DNA of 64,000 nt from Alphaproteobacteria bacterium (lineage in GTDB: Bacteria; Pseudomonadota; Alphaproteobacteria; UBA7887). The notes under the pieces were generated by a model. It was not told where the DNA came from. It ran no database searches and saw nothing but the letters and a program-made list of their open reading frames with translations. Both the position numbers and the translations under genes were made by a program. The stretch lies in assembly GCA_965216755.1 (NCBI GenBank), contig CBDCGL010000011.1, positions 128,001 to 192,000 of the forward strand. Reading direction: 5' to 3'. Numbering within the stretch: the stretch's first letter is position 1; each line of letters starts with the position of its first letter. Of the stretch, positions 61,064-64,000 are shown piece after piece.

Positions 61064-63397
61064 ATGTTCGCTCGCCATCACGGGCAAGCGGACACCCGCG
61101 ACGCTTTCAGGGAATCCGGCAGCTCGGCGGCTGTCTCGGCGCGAATCGCGTATGGGTGCAGGGCTAACGCGCCCCATGTGGCTCCTGCTCAAACCTTTTC
61201 ACTCATGTTAAGGGTTGCGTCTTCGGCCGGTTTGACGGCGGTAAGACAGGGTGCCCGATGGTTCGCAGGCCTGATCGCCGTGCTTGTTGCGGGTGTGACC
61301 GTCCTGTCGCTGCTTGGGTTTGCGCCATATGTCCTTTCAGCGACCGAGGTTCTGTGGCTGACACTCTTTGTCATTGCTGGCGCGGTCGTTGCCGTGACGC
61401 TTGGCGGTCCATGGATCTGGCCGGGGATTATCGCGGCATCGCTGTTGGTGGGCTTCATCTCGCAGCTGGTCTTCACGGAGCCCCGCGGCTTTCAAGCTAT
61501 CGATGTTCAGGCGCGACTAACGATCGAGAAGCTCGCGATCCTTGCTATCGTCGCGCAATCGCTGGCCGCGATCATCTTTTTCCTATCCGGTACACGTTTC
61601 GCCAAGGTCGCCCGCCAGATTCGGACCTTTGGCTTTTGGCGGCTCGCACTTGCGCTCGCCCTCACGATGCTGGTTTCACTAAGCATCATGCAATATGTGC
61701 GTGACTGGGACCTCGTGGCGCTGGGCATCCACGCCTTGTACGCGGTTGGCTTCCTCTTACTCAATTGTGTGTCATTGCTCGCACTGTGTCTTTCGACGCC
61801 TGCGTCATCACTTGACACAATCGCAGGTCCGATCGGACGAAACCTTAGCTTGCCGGGCGCGCCGGAAGGCACGCGTCGGCTTGACAAATACGTGCCGCTC
61901 GTCGCTGCACTCTCGGTGTTTGTCCTTTCGGTGTTGCTCAGTTTCTTCGCATTTGAGCGGCTACCTCATGTTGAGGACGAGGTCGCCTACATATTCCAAG
62001 CGCGATATTTCGCGATGGGGGATCTCGCGATTGATGCCCCCCCATTTCGCGAAGCGGTCGACTACTACTTGCTAAATTTCCAGGGTGATCAATGGTTTGC
62101 GACAACGCCGCCCGGATGGGCGCTTGTCCTCAGTCTGGGCGCATTAGTCCACTTGGAGTGGCTCGTTAATCCCGTGCTTGCGGCGGCTTCCGTATTGCTG
62201 GCACACGCCTTGATACGCCGAGAGTGGGGACGCGGCGATGCCAACCTCGGCGTGACGCTGATGGCATTTTCGCCCTGGTTTGTTGCGATGTCTGCCACCT
62301 TCATGAACCACACATTGACTGTGGCTCTACTCTTGGGATCGTGGTTGTCGCTCAGTCGATCGCGGGAGACGGGGTCGGTTTGGTGGGCCCTGCTGGCTGG
62401 AGCGCTGATGGGGCTCTTGTTTCTGACCCGACCATTGGACGGACTTATCGTGGGCGTTTTGACTGGCCTTTGGCTGTTGGCTGGCGCAGTAAGGCGAGAT
62501 GGTTGGGCGTCGGTGGTGACCTACGGAATCGGTTGCCTGGTGATCGGTGGGTTCGTCTTTCCATACAATATGGTTTTGACCGGAAACGCGCTAGCCACAC
62601 CGCTCAATCTGTATATCGACGCCTTGTGGTATCCAGGCGCCAATCGATTTGGGTTCGGTTCAGACATTGGGCCGCCGGATTTGTGGGGCACTGTTGATCT
62701 ATATCGCGGCCACAACATCCTTGAGGCGGGCGTTACGACGCAACACAACGGCTATATGCTCAACTACGAACTCTTCGGCTGGACAATTGGTTCCTTGTGG
62801 TTGGTCTTGGTTCACGTGATGTGGGGCAAATGGACGCGAAAAGATATCTCCATGTTCGTGATCGTGTTGGCCGTGATTTCTATCTATGCCTTATATTGGT
62901 TCAGTGGCGGATTCTATATTGGTCCACGCTATTGGTTTATCACGTTCATTCCCCTAGTCATTCTGTCGGTTCGTGGGCTGGCAGCCGCACGCGCGCGACT
63001 CGCCGCAGTCGACCGCGGGTCGTCTGCCGGCAGCCGGCTAGGTGTTGTTGTCGTGGCCTTGGTCGTCATATCCGTGGTTGCGTTTTTGCCGTGGCGTGGC
63101 GCGGCGCGCTATTGGGAGCTTCGCGGGGCACACAGCGACTACCGTGACCTCTTGGGCGCCAACGACCTGGACGGCACGTTGGTGTTTGTCAGTGACACCA
63201 ACGATGCGGACTTTGGTAGCGCGTTCTTTCTGAATTCGCCTGATTTGGCATTATCGCCCACGATTTTTGTACGGGACATGGGCGGTGAAAAGAACCAAAC
63301 CGTGATTGATGCGTTTCCGACCCGACAGGTCTACTACGCACAAGGCCGACCCGGAACCGGCACGAAAGTCACCATTCGTCCAACGTCCGATCAATAG
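61064..63397 (+). CDS. Polytopic membrane GT-C (ArnT/PMT-like) glycosyltransferase; start uncertain
   Basis: Many TM helices; LPHVEDEVAYIFQA acidic loop; PPGW, LTRP, GPRY. Confidence 0.7.
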   Translation: MFARHHGQADTRDAFRESGSSAAVSARIAYGCRANAPHVAPAQTFSLMLRVASSAGLTAVRQGARWFAGLIAVLVAGVTVLSLLGFAPYVLSATEVLWLTLFVIAGAVVAVTLGGPWIWPGIIAASLLVGFISQLVFTEPRGFQAIDVQARLTIEKLAILAIVAQSLAAIIFFLSGTRFAKVARQIRTFGFWRLALALALTMLVSLSIMQYVRDWDLVALGIHALYAVGFLLLNCVSLLALCLSTPASSLDTIAGPIGRNLSLPGAPEGTRRLDKYVPLVAALSVFVLSVLLSFFAFERLPHVEDEVAYIFQARYFAMGDLAIDAPPFREAVDYYLLNFQGDQWFATTPPGWALVLSLGALVHLEWLVNPVLAAASVLLAHALIRREWGRGDANLGVTLMAFSPWFVAMSATFMNHTLTVALLLGSWLSLSRSRETGSVWWALLAGALMGLLFLTRPLDGLIVGVLTGLWLLAGAVRRDGWASVVTYGIGCLVIGGFVFPYNMVLTGNALATPLNLYIDALWYPGANRFGFGSDIGPPDLWGTVDLYRGHNILEAGVTTQHNGYMLNYELFGWTIGSLWLVLVHVMWGKWTRKDISMFVIVLAVISIYALYWFSGGFYIGPRYWFITFIPLVILSVRGLAAARARLAAVDRGSSAGSRLGVVVVALVVISVVAFLPWRGAARYWELRGAHSDYRDLLGANDLDGTLVFVSDTNDADFGSAFFLNSPDLALSPTIFVRDMGGEKNQTVIDAFPTRQVYYAQGRPGTGTKVTIRPTSDQ

Positions 63398-63413
63398 GGA
63401 CGGGCTAACAGGC

Positions 63414-64000
63414 CTACGACAGCCATGCCGACAAGTCGCGACCAATCAGCTTTTCCAGATGTCTGATGTCGTTTTCCAAGTGACCGATTAAGATGGCGCG
63501 CGCCGCATCCGATATCGTCGGGCGCACCAAATTCCTGTTCGATACGGCTTCCCTGACGCGTTGCTTGATTTGCCGAGGGATCAATCGCCCAAATAACATT
63601 GATGCGACATTCGGTCTCATGACGAAGTCTTGCAGGAACTTGTTCTTCGGCAGGCCGCCGACGTTCGCACGTTCGAACTGTTTCAGTGAAAACGAACAGT
63701 CGACTCCAATGAAGTTAAATATTACTTCCAGAACATTTTGAGGATCTTCAGTGAAATCTTCGTACAGAAAGATCTTAATTTGCGAATCTGGAAATAATTT
63801 GTAGTATCGTGTTAATTGATCATAGTAACGGGGGAAATTGCTGTACTGGAACAATGGCTGCCAGTTGGCTATTTTTCTTTGTTTCTGTTGATTCAGCGCG
63901 TCCTCGAAATTTTCCAAGGGTTCAAGAGCTTGTCGTTTGGCATAAAGGAAATGCGAAAAGGCCTGGTCAATCGGATTTCGAAGTATCGCCATGAGTTTCA
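63414..64000 (-). CDS. Sulfotransferase, C-terminal part (runs off the window edge)
   Basis: KLMAILRNPIDQAFSH (3'-PB), LYED, C-terminus RDLSAWL similar to the 59647 protein. Confidence 0.85.
   Translation of the reverse strand, partial: KLMAILRNPIDQAFSHFLYAKRQALEPLENFEDALNQQKQRKIANWQPLFQYSNFPRYYDQLTRYYKLFPDSQIKIFLYEDFTEDPQNVLEVIFNFIGVDCSFSLKQFERANVGGLPKNKFLQDFVMRPNVASMLFGRLIPRQIKQRVREAVSNRNLVRPTISDAARAILIGHLENDIRHLEKLIGRDLSAWLS

Noticed and set aside
1-64000. CRISPR array, cas genes, rRNA, or recognisable anti-phage defence genes
   Set aside because: No regularly spaced repeats or matching protein motifs were seen; the three-copy palindrome is dispersed, not arrayed

Overview
64 kb of chromosome from a GC-rich Alphaproteobacterium. 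A Rhodospirillales-like lineage is inferred from mucR/ros, rpiB-glyA-nrdR-rib-nusB-thiL-hppA and plsX-ihfA-MerR-tRNA-Pro. 1-23 kb is accessory: MMPL/LolA-like export, GST, ThpR, UDG-like, tRNA-Ser(GCT), a probable lanpepsy (LanP)-like tandem-PepSY protein, a beta-propeller lactonase, OmpA, an SDR/LLM/LarA-like/CoA-transferase/amidohydrolase cluster, an orphan phage-like regulator and a CUT1 ABC transporter. 23-38.5 kb is housekeeping. 38.5-51.4 kb looks like a decayed island: an IS481 directly behind tRNA-Pro(GGG), two GcvT-family flavo-demethylases around a polyamine-type ABC transporter whose binding-protein gene is split by an IS5 (IS427 group), and a frameshifted tyrosine-integrase relic. 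After that come pcaF, a hut cluster with a HutC operator but no intact hutG, and a sulfotransferase/GT-C locus. A roughly 105-bp two-hairpin, CTAG-bounded repeat occurs three times. No CRISPR or rRNA was seen. All functional calls come from motif recognition by eye; no searches were run.
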